DNA of 64,000 bases from the NCBI GenBank assembly GCA_964422735.1, contig CAYRCD010000002.1, forward strand, positions 11,817 through 75,816. The letters are read 5' to 3'. The notes under the pieces were generated by a model. It was not told the DNA's origin and ran no database searches. It was given only the letters and a program-made list of their open reading frames with translations. Positions 27,818 through 37,149 of this stretch are shown here, piece by piece. A program made the position numbers and the translations under genes. Source of the stretch: an uncultured Dehalococcoidia bacterium. GTDB taxonomy: Bacteria; Chloroflexota; Dehalococcoidia; DSTF01; WHTK01. The number at the start of each line of letters is the position of its first letter. The first letter of the stretch is position 1.

Positions 27818-28048
27818 ATGAAGTCCTACATCTTCAAGGTGGAGATCAACCAGGACGCGGACGGCCGCTGGAATGCCGTCGTCCCGTCCCTGCGGGCCTG
27901 CTACACGTGGGGCGAGACGCGAGAAGAAGCTCTCCTCTACATTCAGGACGCAGTCCGGTGCGCGGTCGAGGACATGATCGCACACGGTGAGCCAATTCCG
28001 AAGGACGCTCAGGTTATCGATTCCCCGGTTGCCACCGTGACCCTGTGA
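27818..28048 (+). CDS. hicB: type II toxin-antitoxin HicB-family antitoxin (UPF0150)
   Basis: ORF 27809..28048 (TTG). ATG at 27818 gives MKSYIFKVEINQDADGRWNAVVPSLRACYTWGETREEALLYIQDAVRCAVEDM, typical HicB. Confidence 0.75.
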   Translation: MKSYIFKVEINQDADGRWNAVVPSLRACYTWGETREEALLYIQDAVRCAVEDMIAHGEPIPKDAQVIDSPVATVTL

Positions 28049-28280
28049 GCCCCAACCTACGCGGCATTCGCACCCGCCAGTTCATCGCAGCGCTCGAGCG
28101 AGACGGGTTCCAGAAGACTCACCAGACCGGGAGCCATGCGATATATCGTCGCGGGAACCAGCGGGTGATGGTAGGGTCCACACTCTGGGCGCTACCATTC
28201 CGGTCGGTACACTCAACCGCATGATCGAGGATGCCGGCTGGTCTGATGATGATTTGCGGCGCCTTGGTCTCCTGCGTTAG
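28045..28280 (+). pseudogene. hicA: hicA toxin, frame-disrupted in this sequence (GTG start overlaps hicB stop)
   Basis: Frame 1 from GTG 28045: VSPNLRGIRTRQFIAALERDGFQKTHQTGSHAIYRRGNQRVMV... then stop at 28224. The other frame continues ...VHTLGATIPVGTLNRMIEDAGWSDDDLRRLGLLR to TAG at 28280. Restoring one G in the GGG run at 28174-76 gives a full HicA. Not in the ORF track. Confidence 0.55.
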
Positions 28281-28387
28281 CAGGACCACCAACCCGCAGA
28301 GACCAAGCACCAGCACTGCTCCCCTCGCTTGACGGCATAGTGCGAACCCCTATCATGGCGCCAGGACCGCGCTTGGGAGGCACGTGC

Positions 28388-29455
28388 ATGACGCTCGAAT
28401 TCGGCATCTTCGACCACATGGAGCGCCGCCGGGATGTCGCGCTCGACCGCCAGTACCGGGAGCGTCTCGACCTCGTGGCCGAGGCCGACAGACTCGGCTT
28501 CTACGCCTACCATCTGGCCGAGCACCACCAGTCGCCACTGTGCATGTCGCCCTCGCAGAGCGTCTTTCTCGCCGCCGCCGGCCAGCGCACGCGGCGCATC
28601 CTCCTCGGCGGCCTGGTCTACCTGTTGCCCATGTACCATCCGCTGCGGCTGATCGAGGAGATCAGCATGCTCGATAACCTGACCGGCGGACGCCTGCAGG
28701 TCGGAGTCGGCCGCGGCATCGCCCCCATCGAGCACCGTTTTTACGGTCACGACCCGGAGGAGGCGCGCGAGCGCTTCGACGAGACGCTGGCCATCCTCGT
28801 CGCCGGCCTGACGACCGATTGGCTCACCTTTGAGGGCAAGTTCTACAATTTCGACGGCGTACCGATCGAGCTCTGTCCGCTGCAGAAGCCGTATCCGCCC
28901 TTCTGGTACGCGGGCAACGTCGAGCACGCGGCTCACTACGGCATGAACTTCATCGGCTCTGGAGGGGTGCGTCGCCTGCCGGAAACCATGGGACGCTATC
29001 GCGAGATCTGGGCCGAGGTCCGCGAGCAGCCGGGCAGGTTCAACCCACAGGTGAGCGAACCAAAGATCGGCAGCACGCGTCACCTGTTCGTGGCCGAGAC
29101 CGACGACGAGGCACGGCGCATCGCCCGCCGGGCCTGGACCGCCTATCACTTCAACTTCCCCAAGCGCGGCTACGAGGTCGCGGAGCCGCTGCCCGCGCCG
29201 CCGCAGCGGCCGGGCGAGGCGCCACCCCGCGTGACCGGCCCCTCGCTGGGCGGCGATTTCGACCTCGCGCTGAAGGTCGAGGCCGCGGTTGCCGGCTCGC
29301 CCCAGACCGTCCTGGAGTACGTCCGCGCCTACGCCGAGGAGAGCACCTCCAACTACTTCGTCGGCGCCTTCCAGTGGGGCGACCTGACCCATGACGAGGC
29401 TCTGCGCTCCCTGCGTCTGTTCGCGACGGAGGTCATACCGGCGATCCGCGCGTAG
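28388..29455 (+). CDS. LLM-class flavin/F420-dependent oxidoreductase
   Basis: ORF 28340..29455 trimmed to ATG 28388 (GGGAGG RBS): MTLEFGIFDHM... luciferase-like monooxygenase. Confidence 0.8.
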   Translation: MTLEFGIFDHMERRRDVALDRQYRERLDLVAEADRLGFYAYHLAEHHQSPLCMSPSQSVFLAAAGQRTRRILLGGLVYLLPMYHPLRLIEEISMLDNLTGGRLQVGVGRGIAPIEHRFYGHDPEEARERFDETLAILVAGLTTDWLTFEGKFYNFDGVPIELCPLQKPYPPFWYAGNVEHAAHYGMNFIGSGGVRRLPETMGRYREIWAEVREQPGRFNPQVSEPKIGSTRHLFVAETDDEARRIARRAWTAYHFNFPKRGYEVAEPLPAPPQRPGEAPPRVTGPSLGGDFDLALKVEAAVAGSPQTVLEYVRAYAEESTSNYFVGAFQWGDLTHDEALRSLRLFATEVIPAIRA

Positions 29456-29474
29456 CGCGCTTGGGGAGAGGGCA

Positions 29475-29946
29475 CTACGAGACGTCATCGAGGCGCCTTT
29501 CGAGTGCCACCACCTCGAAGCCGTCGAGGGCCCCGGCCGAAGGCCCGCTGAGGACGACGCGGCTCATCTGCTCGAATGCTCTGGCCGTCGCATAGGGAAT
29601 CAGCGCGTCGTCCGCCAGCTCTCGCATCCACACGACCTTCGCGCCCAGCTCTCGCGCATCCATGAGGAGCCCTTCGACGAGCGAATCCCCGACCCCGCTC
29701 TCGAGGTCGGCGGGGTCCATCACCAGGAAGAGGCGAAGTCGCTCCGAGTCGCCGGCGCCGGCTTCGACGGCGCCGTAGGCCAGGGCCTGCCGCCCTCGTC
29801 CTCGACCAGGTAGTGGCGGCGGGCGTGGCGCGTCTCGTCAAAGCCCATCCGGGCGGCCAACCAGTCCCTGTTGCCGTCGGGTGCGCCAGGCGCAGTACGT
29901 CCGGCCAGTCCTCGCCCTTTGGCGTGCGGAAATTCAGCGTGGCCAC
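29475..29946 (-). pseudogene. GNAT N-acetyltransferase spread over three reading frames (two apparent 1-nt deletions in CCC runs)
   Basis: Frame a: MATLNFRTPKGEDWPDVLRLAHP. Frame c: DGNRDWLAARMGFDETRHARRHYLVEDEGGR. Frame b: (Q)ALAYGAVEAGAGDSERLRLFLVMDPADLESGVGDSLVEGLLMDARELGAKVVWM (GNAT motif A) to the stop. Adding one C at each junction restores a 155-aa GNAT. Confidence 0.5.
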
Positions 29947-29981
29947 GTTCCCCTACTCACCCCTGACTTAAGCCCGCGGCC

Positions 29982-30074
29982 CTACCCCTTGTCCAGGTAG
30001 GGCCTCAAGACTCCCGCATGGAAGGGGACACCGACGTCGCGGGCGACGTTCGCGGGGTTGTCGTCGTAGCCCAT
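29982..30074 (-). other. 30-codon chimeric ORF MGYDDNPANVARDVGVPFHAGVLRPYLDKG: deletion derivative of the downstream PBP-like gene behind a copy of its leader
   Basis: First 5 codons and 5' leader (30091-30155) are homologous to the start and leader of the gene at 32223. Last 25 codons are homologous to the C-terminus of the 31295..31846 ORF (SHNVARDVGVPFHPGAVQYYREQGYLA). Confidence 0.35.
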
Positions 30075-30236
30075 GGACTTGTTCCTTGCGGGGAAGCTTG
30101 TCTTGTATTTTTTGGTTTGCGGAGCTGCCGTGCCTCGCGGCCGATATTCATTCGGCCCGCCCAGGGCGCTCGTGCCAGCGACGGACTCACTCATCTCCTA
30201 CTCCCCTGCCACTGCAACGCGCGACCATGATTCTGC

Positions 30237-31199
30237 TCACTGCCCAGGTAGAACGCGGGAGCGCGGCTCGTAAGGGCGCGTCTTGATCAGCTGCGCGGCG
30301 CTCCACTCCAGCGCCTTCGGGTCGACCTTGCGCCCCTCCTGCCAGTTTTCGAGGGTGCGCCATATCCCACTGAGGACGACGCCTTTCCACAGGGCGTCGA
30401 GCGCATCCAACTCTGCGTCCGACAGCGCCGCGACTTCGAGATAGCCGGCAACCACGGCATCATGATAGCCACGACGGGCGAAAGCAACGTCGGCAGCCGC
30501 TACGTCCAAATGGGCCAGGTCGAAGTCGTAGATCGCGGAGAGACGCCCGGCGCGGAACCGCAGATTCCAGGGAGAAAAGTCACTATGGATGACCATCCGG
30601 GGCAGGGCGGCAATCCGCAACTCGGCCAGGCGCGCTTCTACATACTCCGATTGGTGGGCGACCTCGTGCGCGAGCTTAGCGTCGATCCGGGCGAGGCGGG
30701 ACAGGAGCTCCTCTCGACGGGCAACGCCACCTTCGGCGGGTACGGCACCCTCGACGAAGGATCGCCATCCCGGTCTTTGTCCCATGATTTCGATCCGCGC
30801 CAAGTCCGTGTGCAGCTCGGCGAGCAAGCGCCCGAGCCGTCGGTAAGCGTGATCATCCGGTGGTGAAGGTCGCATTCGCTGGCCGCCCAAGAACGGGAAG
30901 AGCGCGTACACCTGGCCGCCTACCTCGATGGGCTCGGCTAGTGGAGGGGCAACCGGCCAGCCCCATTCGGCCAAACAATCGAGGACCTGGAACTCCCACC
31001 GAACCGACTCGGCCGACCGGTTGGTCAGGCCGTCATTGCCGAATCGGCGGAGTACAAGCCGATCCGCGCGTGCCGCAACAAGCCAGTGCGAGTTGTCGGA
31101 GCGCTTGAGGAGGCGAATTCGGTCAGCGCTGACCCCGAGCAATCTTCGCGCGATCTCGCCGAGCGGCATCGCCGGAAACTTCTTGAGATCAGCGTTCAT
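30237..31199 (-). CDS. phosphotransferase-family protein (APH/choline-kinase-like small-molecule kinase)
   Basis: 320 aa: VIHSDFSPWNLRF (HxDxxxxN catalytic loop) and IYDFDLAHLD (DFD/DFG-like metal-binding). Confidence 0.75.
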   Translation of the reverse strand: MNADLKKFPAMPLGEIARRLLGVSADRIRLLKRSDNSHWLVAARADRLVLRRFGNDGLTNRSAESVRWEFQVLDCLAEWGWPVAPPLAEPIEVGGQVYALFPFLGGQRMRPSPPDDHAYRRLGRLLAELHTDLARIEIMGQRPGWRSFVEGAVPAEGGVARREELLSRLARIDAKLAHEVAHQSEYVEARLAELRIAALPRMVIHSDFSPWNLRFRAGRLSAIYDFDLAHLDVAAADVAFARRGYHDAVVAGYLEVAALSDAELDALDALWKGVVLSGIWRTLENWQEGRKVDPKALEWSAAQLIKTRPYEPRSRVLPGQ

Positions 31200-31294
31200 T
31201 CATTGCCTCTGCTGCCCGGCACTTCAATCACCGTCCCAGACAATCGTCTTCCCAAGGAGGCCGGTCGCAGCGAACGAATCGTATCGTTTCGTAC

Positions 31295-32223
31295 TCACGC
31301 CAGGTAGCCTTGCTCCCGGTAATACTGGACAGCCCCTGGATGAAACGGCACCCCCACGTCGCGCGCCACGTTGTGCGAGTCGTACGAATAGGGGATGTGC
31401 GTCTGGCGGAAGAGGTCGCGGTTGTCGTCCAGCGTCTTCGCCAGCAGGTAGGCGAAGTCCTCGGGCATGTCGTCGCGCGCATAGATCAGCTGCGGCAGGC
31501 GCGCGACCGTGGGCACGTCGTGCGTCACGCCGCGCACCAGCTTGAGCGGTATCGCGCCGCGGTCGCCCGCGCCCACGGCCACGATGCGGTCGATCAGATA
31601 GTCCGGCTGCGCCAGGAAGCGCAAGTCGTGGTAGATGGACGCCTCAATCCAGTGGCGCGCCTCGGGCGTGTAGGCGGCGTAGATGGTGTCGACGCGGAGG
31701 TCGAACTCGCCGCTGACGGCCCAGGGCACGCGTGGCGCCTCGAGGTCGGTGTTGAGGAACTGGCCACCCCAGGACGCGATCTCCTCGCGCGAGATGCCGT
31801 AGTGCTCCCATACCATGTCGAAGGAGCGGCCGCCGCCGGCCTTCACGCGCGCAGGGACAGCCTGCGCTCCTTGATCTGGCCGAGATCGGTGATGTCGCTG
31901 TCGGCCTTGACCGCGACCCCGATCCAGGAGGGATGGTTGATGCAGGCAATAACGCGCAGATTCTGACGCGGCGCCTCACCGGCGAAGGCGTCGCTCCCGG
32001 TCAAGGCGGCGAACACGTGGCCGGCGTGGGTGGCGCCGAAGTCGGCACGCCCGTCGCCGACGTAGCGCGCGTTGTCCGAGCGAGACGACCGCCAGTCGAC
32101 GTGGACCTGCCAGCCCAGCGGCGCCAGCGCCTTCTTCGTGATGCCGCCGAGCGTGCCCCAGGGCGTGCCCATCCCCGGGCCACCGGCCCCGGCGAACACC
32201 AGGCTCTTGTCGTCGTAGCCCAT
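31295..32223 (-). pseudogene. periplasmic-binding-protein type-II fold protein (TAXI/PhnD-like) without signal peptide; split into two ORFs by an apparent 1-nt frameshift near 31845
   Basis: ORFs 31843..32292 and 31295..31846 overlap by 4 nt in different frames. N-terminal part starts at ATG 32223 (AGGAGG RBS; the longer MACSRK... form is the RBS read in frame). Joined sequence (..IKERRLSLRA|VKAGGGRSFDMVWEHYGI..) aligns like one TAXI-type SBP. The junction lies in GCGCGCG. Confidence 0.5.
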
Positions 32224-32246
32224 GCCGGCCTCCTTTCCACACCCTG

Positions 32247-32356
32247 GCAAGGGAGTTCGTTTGATATTTTTTACTTTTCGGGAGCAGGCCAAGGGAGTTT
32301 TGTTTTGGATTTTTTAGTTTGCGAAGCGGCCGTGTCTCGCGGGCGATATTGTCCTT
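32247..32356 (-). promoter_or_regulatory. A/U-rich tandemly repeated 5' leader (2 copies of a ~40-nt unit) upstream of the PBP-like gene
   Basis: Minus-strand RNA: ..GCAAACUAAAAAAUCCAAAACAAAACUCCCUUGGCC / UGCUCCCGAAAAGUAAAAAAUAUCAAACGAACUCCCUUGCC.. then GGAAAGGAGG-AUG. A single-unit copy lies at 30091-30155 upstream of the chimeric mini-ORF. Confidence 0.4.
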
Positions 32357-32519
32357 GCGGCTTCCGGGGCGTGCGGTGCTCACCGTTCCGGATGGCGCGC
32401 TTCTCCCCGGAAGACCTTAGCCTACGCCAGTTCGAGGCCGAAAAGGAAGGCGACTACGACACGCCGTCTCCGAGCAGAGGTCGAACGTCCGCACTCGCGT
32501 GTCTTGAGGCTGCGGGGCC

Positions 32520-33848
32520 TCAGGCCGAGCGCGGCAAGGCCACCGGCGTCAGGGGCGTCGACCGGTCGATGAAGCCGACGTGGTCGTCGGCGGTTATCAC
32601 CTGGAGGTAGGCGCCGGCGTCGCGCGATACCGTTACGAGCGCTCCCTTCGCGAGGACCGCGATCACCGCGGCCGACGGGGCCGCGCCGGCCAGCAACCGC
32701 GCGCCGCCGTCCCCGACCCTGGAGCCTCCGAGAGCGGCGGACTGCTCGCGGGCGGCCACCACGTACCCGTCGGCGGCTTCGGGCGCCAGTGCCGCTATCC
32801 GGGACGCCACCGCCTGGAACTCGAGCGCCTCGCGCCGGGCTTCGGCGACCAGCGCCGGTGGCAGGCCGGTGCCCATCGCCGCCAGCGCCGCAATCCGCGC
32901 TTCGATGGGCGGGTGCGAGGAGAACAGGCGGTCGAACCAGGCGGCCCGGCCGGGCTCGACCGCGCAGAGCGCCGACAGCCCGGCCGCGGACGGCGGCAGG
33001 TCTGCGGTCGTCGCGCTCATCTTGAGCAACGCGCGCATCAGGCCTTCGGGATTCCGGGTCAGGAGCACGGCCTCGGCGTCCGCCTTGAGCTCCCGCTCTC
33101 GCGACACGGCCCTGGAGATGCACCCTCCCAGCAGCGGCACGAGCACGCCGTAGTACGGCGCGCCCATGTAGTAGAAGACGACCACGGCGAGAAGGACGCT
33201 GTTCCGCGGCAACTGCGCCGTGCCGGGCAACATGATGCTGAGAGGGACCACCCAGAAAATGCCGCTGCCCAGAAACAGGAGCACGAACGGCGCCGCCAGT
33301 GGCACCTGCCGCAAAAGCCGGAACAGCAACCGATAGAAGCCCACGACAGCGTTCAACGGCAATCGCACTAGTATCAAGCTCGCGGCCATCACAGTCTTCA
33401 GCCGCGCGTCACGGCTGGCGATATGCGCGAGCTCGTGCGCCACGACGCCTTCGAGCTCCTGCCGGCTCAGGAGCCGAAGCAACCCTCGCGTCACCACCAA
33501 CGCCGAGCGCTCGCGATCGAGTCCGGCCGCGAAGGCGTTGGGCGCGGCGCTCTCGATCATGTAAAGGCCGGGCGGTCTCAGGCCCGCGCCGATGCAGAGG
33601 TTCTCGACCGCCCTCTCGAGCTCGGGCTCCTCGCCTTCGGCCAGCGGTCGCGCCCGGCTCAGCGCGATCACCAGTGACCCCGCGAACCGGTACAGGCCAT
33701 AGCCGGTCGTCAGCACGAGGACCAAAGCGATCCCGATCGCGGCGCCACTCGACCGCAACAGCGAGTCGTCGTCCGGCTTCAAGAACCAGAGGACCAGCAG
33801 TTGGCTGACGTAGAGCACGAGCCATACCAGGAACGGCGACGCCAGCAC
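32520..33848 (-). CDS. M48-family zinc metallopeptidase (HtpX-like) with C-terminal SH3-like domain
   Basis: 442 aa, GTG start. HELAHIASRD HExxH, multiple TM helices, C-terminal beta-rich domain. Confidence 0.8.
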   Translation of the reverse strand: MLASPFLVWLVLYVSQLLVLWFLKPDDDSLLRSSGAAIGIALVLVLTTGYGLYRFAGSLVIALSRARPLAEGEEPELERAVENLCIGAGLRPPGLYMIESAAPNAFAAGLDRERSALVVTRGLLRLLSRQELEGVVAHELAHIASRDARLKTVMAASLILVRLPLNAVVGFYRLLFRLLRQVPLAAPFVLLFLGSGIFWVVPLSIMLPGTAQLPRNSVLLAVVVFYYMGAPYYGVLVPLLGGCISRAVSRERELKADAEAVLLTRNPEGLMRALLKMSATTADLPPSAAGLSALCAVEPGRAAWFDRLFSSHPPIEARIAALAAMGTGLPPALVAEARREALEFQAVASRIAALAPEAADGYVVAAREQSAALGGSRVGDGGARLLAGAAPSAAVIAVLAKGALVTVSRDAGAYLQVITADDHVGFIDRSTPLTPVALPRSA

Positions 33849-34010
33849 CGCGAACAGCGCCAGCAGGCACCAGGTCAGCCGCCTGGTGGCCGCTACGCGG
33901 TCGTACGCGAGGAATGGTTTGCTGTCGACGGTGCGACTCCCGTGTGCGTGCCGAGCACTCCTGAAGTCATAATCGGCGCCCGGTCACCCGGGCACGACCC
34001 CGCCGCCACC

Positions 34011-34262
34011 TCAAAAGCCATCTCCGCACACCTGACACCTCAGCGTCCCCACCGTCGTCGTAAGCACCGCCCGCATCATGCCCGAAAGCGCCTTTGTCGC
34101 GAAGTCATGGCCGTCGTGATAGGCGTGGACGCCCTGGCGTACGACGGCGACGGCGCCGGCGCTGCGGGTCTCCAGGACCTCCGCTAGCTCCTCGTGCGAT
34201 AGCTCCGGGTGCGCGAGGATGGTCTCGAACTCCCCTCGCGTCCAGTCCGGTTCACGCGCCAT
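34011..34262 (-). CDS. small hypothetical protein (83 aa)
   Basis: ORF 34011..34409 trimmed to Met at 34262. Longer form would overlap the divergent YdeI gene. Ordinary composition. Weak. Confidence 0.3.
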   Translation of the reverse strand: MAREPDWTRGEFETILAHPELSHEELAEVLETRSAGAVAVVRQGVHAYHDGHDFATKALSGMMRAVLTTTVGTLRCQVCGDGF

Positions 34263-34293
34263 CAGCCTCTCGCTCCTGATAGACTCCTCGCGA

Positions 34294-34770
34294 ATGACGA
34301 GCGCCGTCCCAGGCAACGCGCGCGAGTTCACGGCCACGGTCAGCCGCGGGCCGGGCGGCCGCGTTGTCGTCGCCATCCCCTTCGACCCCTCCGCAGTCTG
34401 GGGCAGCAAGAACCGCCACTACGTCACCGGGACCGTCGCGGGGACTAGGATCCGCGTCTCAGTCGGCGTCAATGGCGAGACGTTCTTCCTGCCCCTGGGC
34501 GAGGCCTGGCGTCGCGACTCCGGTATCGCCCTGGGCGACGTCGTTAGCGTCGTGGTCTGGCCCGAGGGCCCTCAGCAAGAGACGCTCGCGGAAGACATCG
34601 CCCACGCCCTGACGGCGGAGCCCCGCGCCCGCGAGTTCTTCGAGTCCCTCGCCACATTCTATCGCCGCAACTACGTGCGCTGGATCGAAGAGGCGAAGCG
34701 GCCCCAGACGCGCGCGGCCCGCGTCAGCGAGATGGTCGACCTTCTCCTCGCGGCCAAGCGGCAGCGCTAG
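34294..34770 (+). CDS. DUF1905 + YdeI/OmpD-associated family protein
   Basis: ORF 34219..34770 trimmed to MTSAVPG at 34294. DUF1905 beta-barrel (VVVAIPFDPSAVWG...VSVGVNGETFFLP) plus C-terminal YdeI-type helical tail. Confidence 0.7.
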   Translation: MTSAVPGNAREFTATVSRGPGGRVVVAIPFDPSAVWGSKNRHYVTGTVAGTRIRVSVGVNGETFFLPLGEAWRRDSGIALGDVVSVVVWPEGPQQETLAEDIAHALTAEPRAREFFESLATFYRRNYVRWIEEAKRPQTRAARVSEMVDLLLAAKRQR

Positions 34771-34920
34771 CAGCGGCGTTGGCCCCCCACGGCATCCATT
34801 GGCGGAGATTCCTCGCTTCTCTCCGAATGAGAGAACGCCTGTGGCACGGCGAATGACGCGGCTAACCGTCGACCGAAGCCGCGCACTTCCAGTCCGCGGC
34901 CAACGTGCGGCCCCTTCTCG

Positions 34921-35694
34921 CTATTCCTCCACCCCTGACCCCAGGTGGCGCACGAAAAAGGACTCGAACGCCTCGCGCTCGAATGCGGGGATGCCGGTGT
35001 GGCCGCCCGGGTTGATGTGCATGGTCTTCTCACGCGAGGCGAAGGCGTCGAACAGCGCGATGCCGGCATCGCGAGAGACGAGCTGGTCGTGCCACTGGAA
35101 GACGAACAGGAGCGGTATCTCGATGCCGCGCGCGGCCTTCTCGAAAGCGTGCGCGCCCGGCCGCAGCCCGGCAAGGCCGAAGACGGCGGCCTTCACCCGG
35201 GGCTCCGAGGCGACAAAGGGCACTCCGATCGCCGTGCCCATCGACACGCCCCAGTAGCCGACGGGCCCCTGGCCCACGTCGTCGAGCTCCTGCACGGCGT
35301 CGAGCGTCGCCTTCCACTCGGGAACGGCCTTGCCGGTCCGGTCCAGCGTCTGGCGCAGCTGCCCGGGCGAGTACTCCTGGCTGCGGGCGGCCATCCGCGC
35401 CTCGATTGCGGCGCGCGCGGCGGCCTGCTGCTCGGGCGTGGTGCGTTCGCCGTGGCCGGGGGCGTCGATCGCGACGACGGCGTAGCCAAGGTGGCGGGCG
35501 AAGCGCCGCCCGCGCGCCAGGACGCCGTCGACGCGCTTGTGTTGGGTGCCGCCGTGGCCGACCAGCAGCAGCGGCCGGGGCCCGCGGGCGCCTTCGGGCG
35601 TCCAGATTATGCCGGGGACGCGGTCGCCGGCGACTTCGAGCTCGAAGCCGTGCTCGGTGACGCCCATCTCGGTAACTTCGGATATGAATTTCAC
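34921..35694 (-). CDS. alpha/beta hydrolase (dienelactone-hydrolase-like)
   Basis: ORF 34921..35784. The N-terminal 30 aa are Arg-rich junk. Likely start is GTG 35694 (or ATG 35667). GVSMG nucleophile elbow, catalytic His near C-terminus. Confidence 0.75.
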   Translation of the reverse strand: MKFISEVTEMGVTEHGFELEVAGDRVPGIIWTPEGARGPRPLLLVGHGGTQHKRVDGVLARGRRFARHLGYAVVAIDAPGHGERTTPEQQAAARAAIEARMAARSQEYSPGQLRQTLDRTGKAVPEWKATLDAVQELDDVGQGPVGYWGVSMGTAIGVPFVASEPRVKAAVFGLAGLRPGAHAFEKAARGIEIPLLFVFQWHDQLVSRDAGIALFDAFASREKTMHINPGGHTGIPAFEREAFESFFVRHLGSGVEE

Positions 35695-36108
35695 GAAATC
35701 CTGCTCTCCAGGCGGTCTTCTAGACCGCCGTCTGCGTGGTGCCGCCGCTGCGCGGCGGCCGCCGGGAGGGGGTTGAGGGGACACCTACAACCCCCCGGCA
35801 AAGGGCTGCCGCCCTCTGCACTCCCGCTCTTCGATTGTAGGATACGGCACGTCATGGCGAGGTCGCGGCGAGGGGCCGAACCAAGCTGTGGCGAGGCGCC
35901 CGATGGCTGAGGACCGAATTGGAGTAAGCAACCTTGGCCTGAGGTTGCTTCGTCGGCTACCGCCTCCTCGCAATGGCCCAGGGTCTTCGGCTGCGACCGA
36001 GCGGATCGGTCGCTCCGTGGACCAGATAAAGGTGAATAGCCTGGCACCTGGCTCCTCGCTACCGGTCCCATGGTCCGAAGGTCCAGCGGTCCCACGAAGG
36101 ACCGGCCG

Positions 36109-37149
36109 CTACGGCGGCAAGTCGTTCGTGTAGTCGTGGAACATCATCACGCCGATGCCTCCGGCGGAACCCCAGCGGCCGTTTTTCAAGGTCATGATGC
36201 CCAGCGAATGCGTCTCCGAGGTTATGCGGCTTTCGGCGGTAAAGCGGACGTAGCCGCCGAAGGTGTGGGCTTTGTCGACCGTGGCGTGGAGGACGCGAGC
36301 CTCGGGCAGGTTGATCGTGTAATCCCACTGGCCGACGCCGCCGCCGGCCCACTCGGCGAACTGGGGGAAGTTGGCGTCGGCCGCCGCGACGCTCTCGGGC
36401 GTGGTCTCGGTCAGGCGCAGCCGGCTCTTGACGCCGACGATCTGGTATCCGGCCATGGGGTCGCCGCCGCGGGCGTTGCCGGCGTTGGCGCGGGGGTTGC
36501 CGAGGGCGACGTTCGCGCGCCTGCCGTATTGGTGCGTGCTGTTGAGCACCGACTGGTCGCGCAGCGTGTAACCCAACATCCAGTCGCGGCCGCGGCGCAG
36601 CGCAGCCAGGGTGGCGTCCTGGTATTCCACGCCGATCGCCCGCGCCGGCGTGATGATCGTCGACATCAGCTCGACGCCCCACTTGCCGTCGTTGTTGGTG
36701 ATGCCGTAAATGCCGTCGCAGACCAGGATCTTGTGGCCGCCCTCGCCGTAGCGGCTATAGGTCATCGACAGGCCGGCGCCGACGGGGTTATAGACGTGGA
36801 TCTCGATGCTGTCCAGCAGGTCGTAGGCGCCGGGCTGGATGTGGCTGGCGCCGCGGCCGCTGACGTTCAGCGACTTGGGCGGGCTGGCCAGGAACTGCTC
36901 ACGGCTCTCGACCAACACCGGCTCGGTGCCCTCGTAGGTCGCGAAGGGGAAGTGGAGGAGGCCGGCCATCCCTTCGGGGTCGCGGCGCGCCTGGGCGTTG
37001 AAGAACAGTGCCAGCAGCCGCAGCGACTCCGGCACCGTGGTCTCGTAGGCTACCGGGAAGCGGGCGTCGAGCTGCCCCAGCGGGTGCATGCCTTTCGGCC
37101 GAGACAGGTCCGAGACGGCCCCGTGGGATGCCATGAAGCGTTCGGCCAT
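36109..37149 (-). CDS. hypothetical protein, unknown family (347 aa), founding copy of a locally duplicated family
   Basis: ORF 36109..37230 trimmed to ATG 37149 (AAGGAGG RBS). No signal peptide, no recognisable motif. C-terminal 50 aa are homologous to the fragment at 40269-40412. Confidence 0.6.
   Translation of the reverse strand: MAERFMASHGAVSDLSRPKGMHPLGQLDARFPVAYETTVPESLRLLALFFNAQARRDPEGMAGLLHFPFATYEGTEPVLVESREQFLASPPKSLNVSGRGASHIQPGAYDLLDSIEIHVYNPVGAGLSMTYSRYGEGGHKILVCDGIYGITNNDGKWGVELMSTIITPARAIGVEYQDATLAALRRGRDWMLGYTLRDQSVLNSTHQYGRRANVALGNPRANAGNARGGDPMAGYQIVGVKSRLRLTETTPESVAAADANFPQFAEWAGGGVGQWDYTINLPEARVLHATVDKAHTFGGYVRFTAESRITSETHSLGIMTLKNGRWGSAGGIGVMMFHDYTNDLPP

Noticed and set aside
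29485-29946. 153-aa ORF taken as one real protein
   Set aside because: Only its first ~22 residues look protein-like, and the rest is Arg-rich. The region resolves into a single GNAT read across three frames, described above.
31843-32292. N-terminal extension MACSRKVKNIKRTPLPGCGKEAG of the PBP-like gene
   Set aside because: KEAG is the AGGAGG ribosome-binding site read in frame. The real start is ATG at 32223.
33801-34187. 128-aa plus-strand ORF upstream of the M48 peptidase
   Set aside because: Arg/His-rich junk composition. The region is better explained as an M48 5' region plus a small minus-strand gene.
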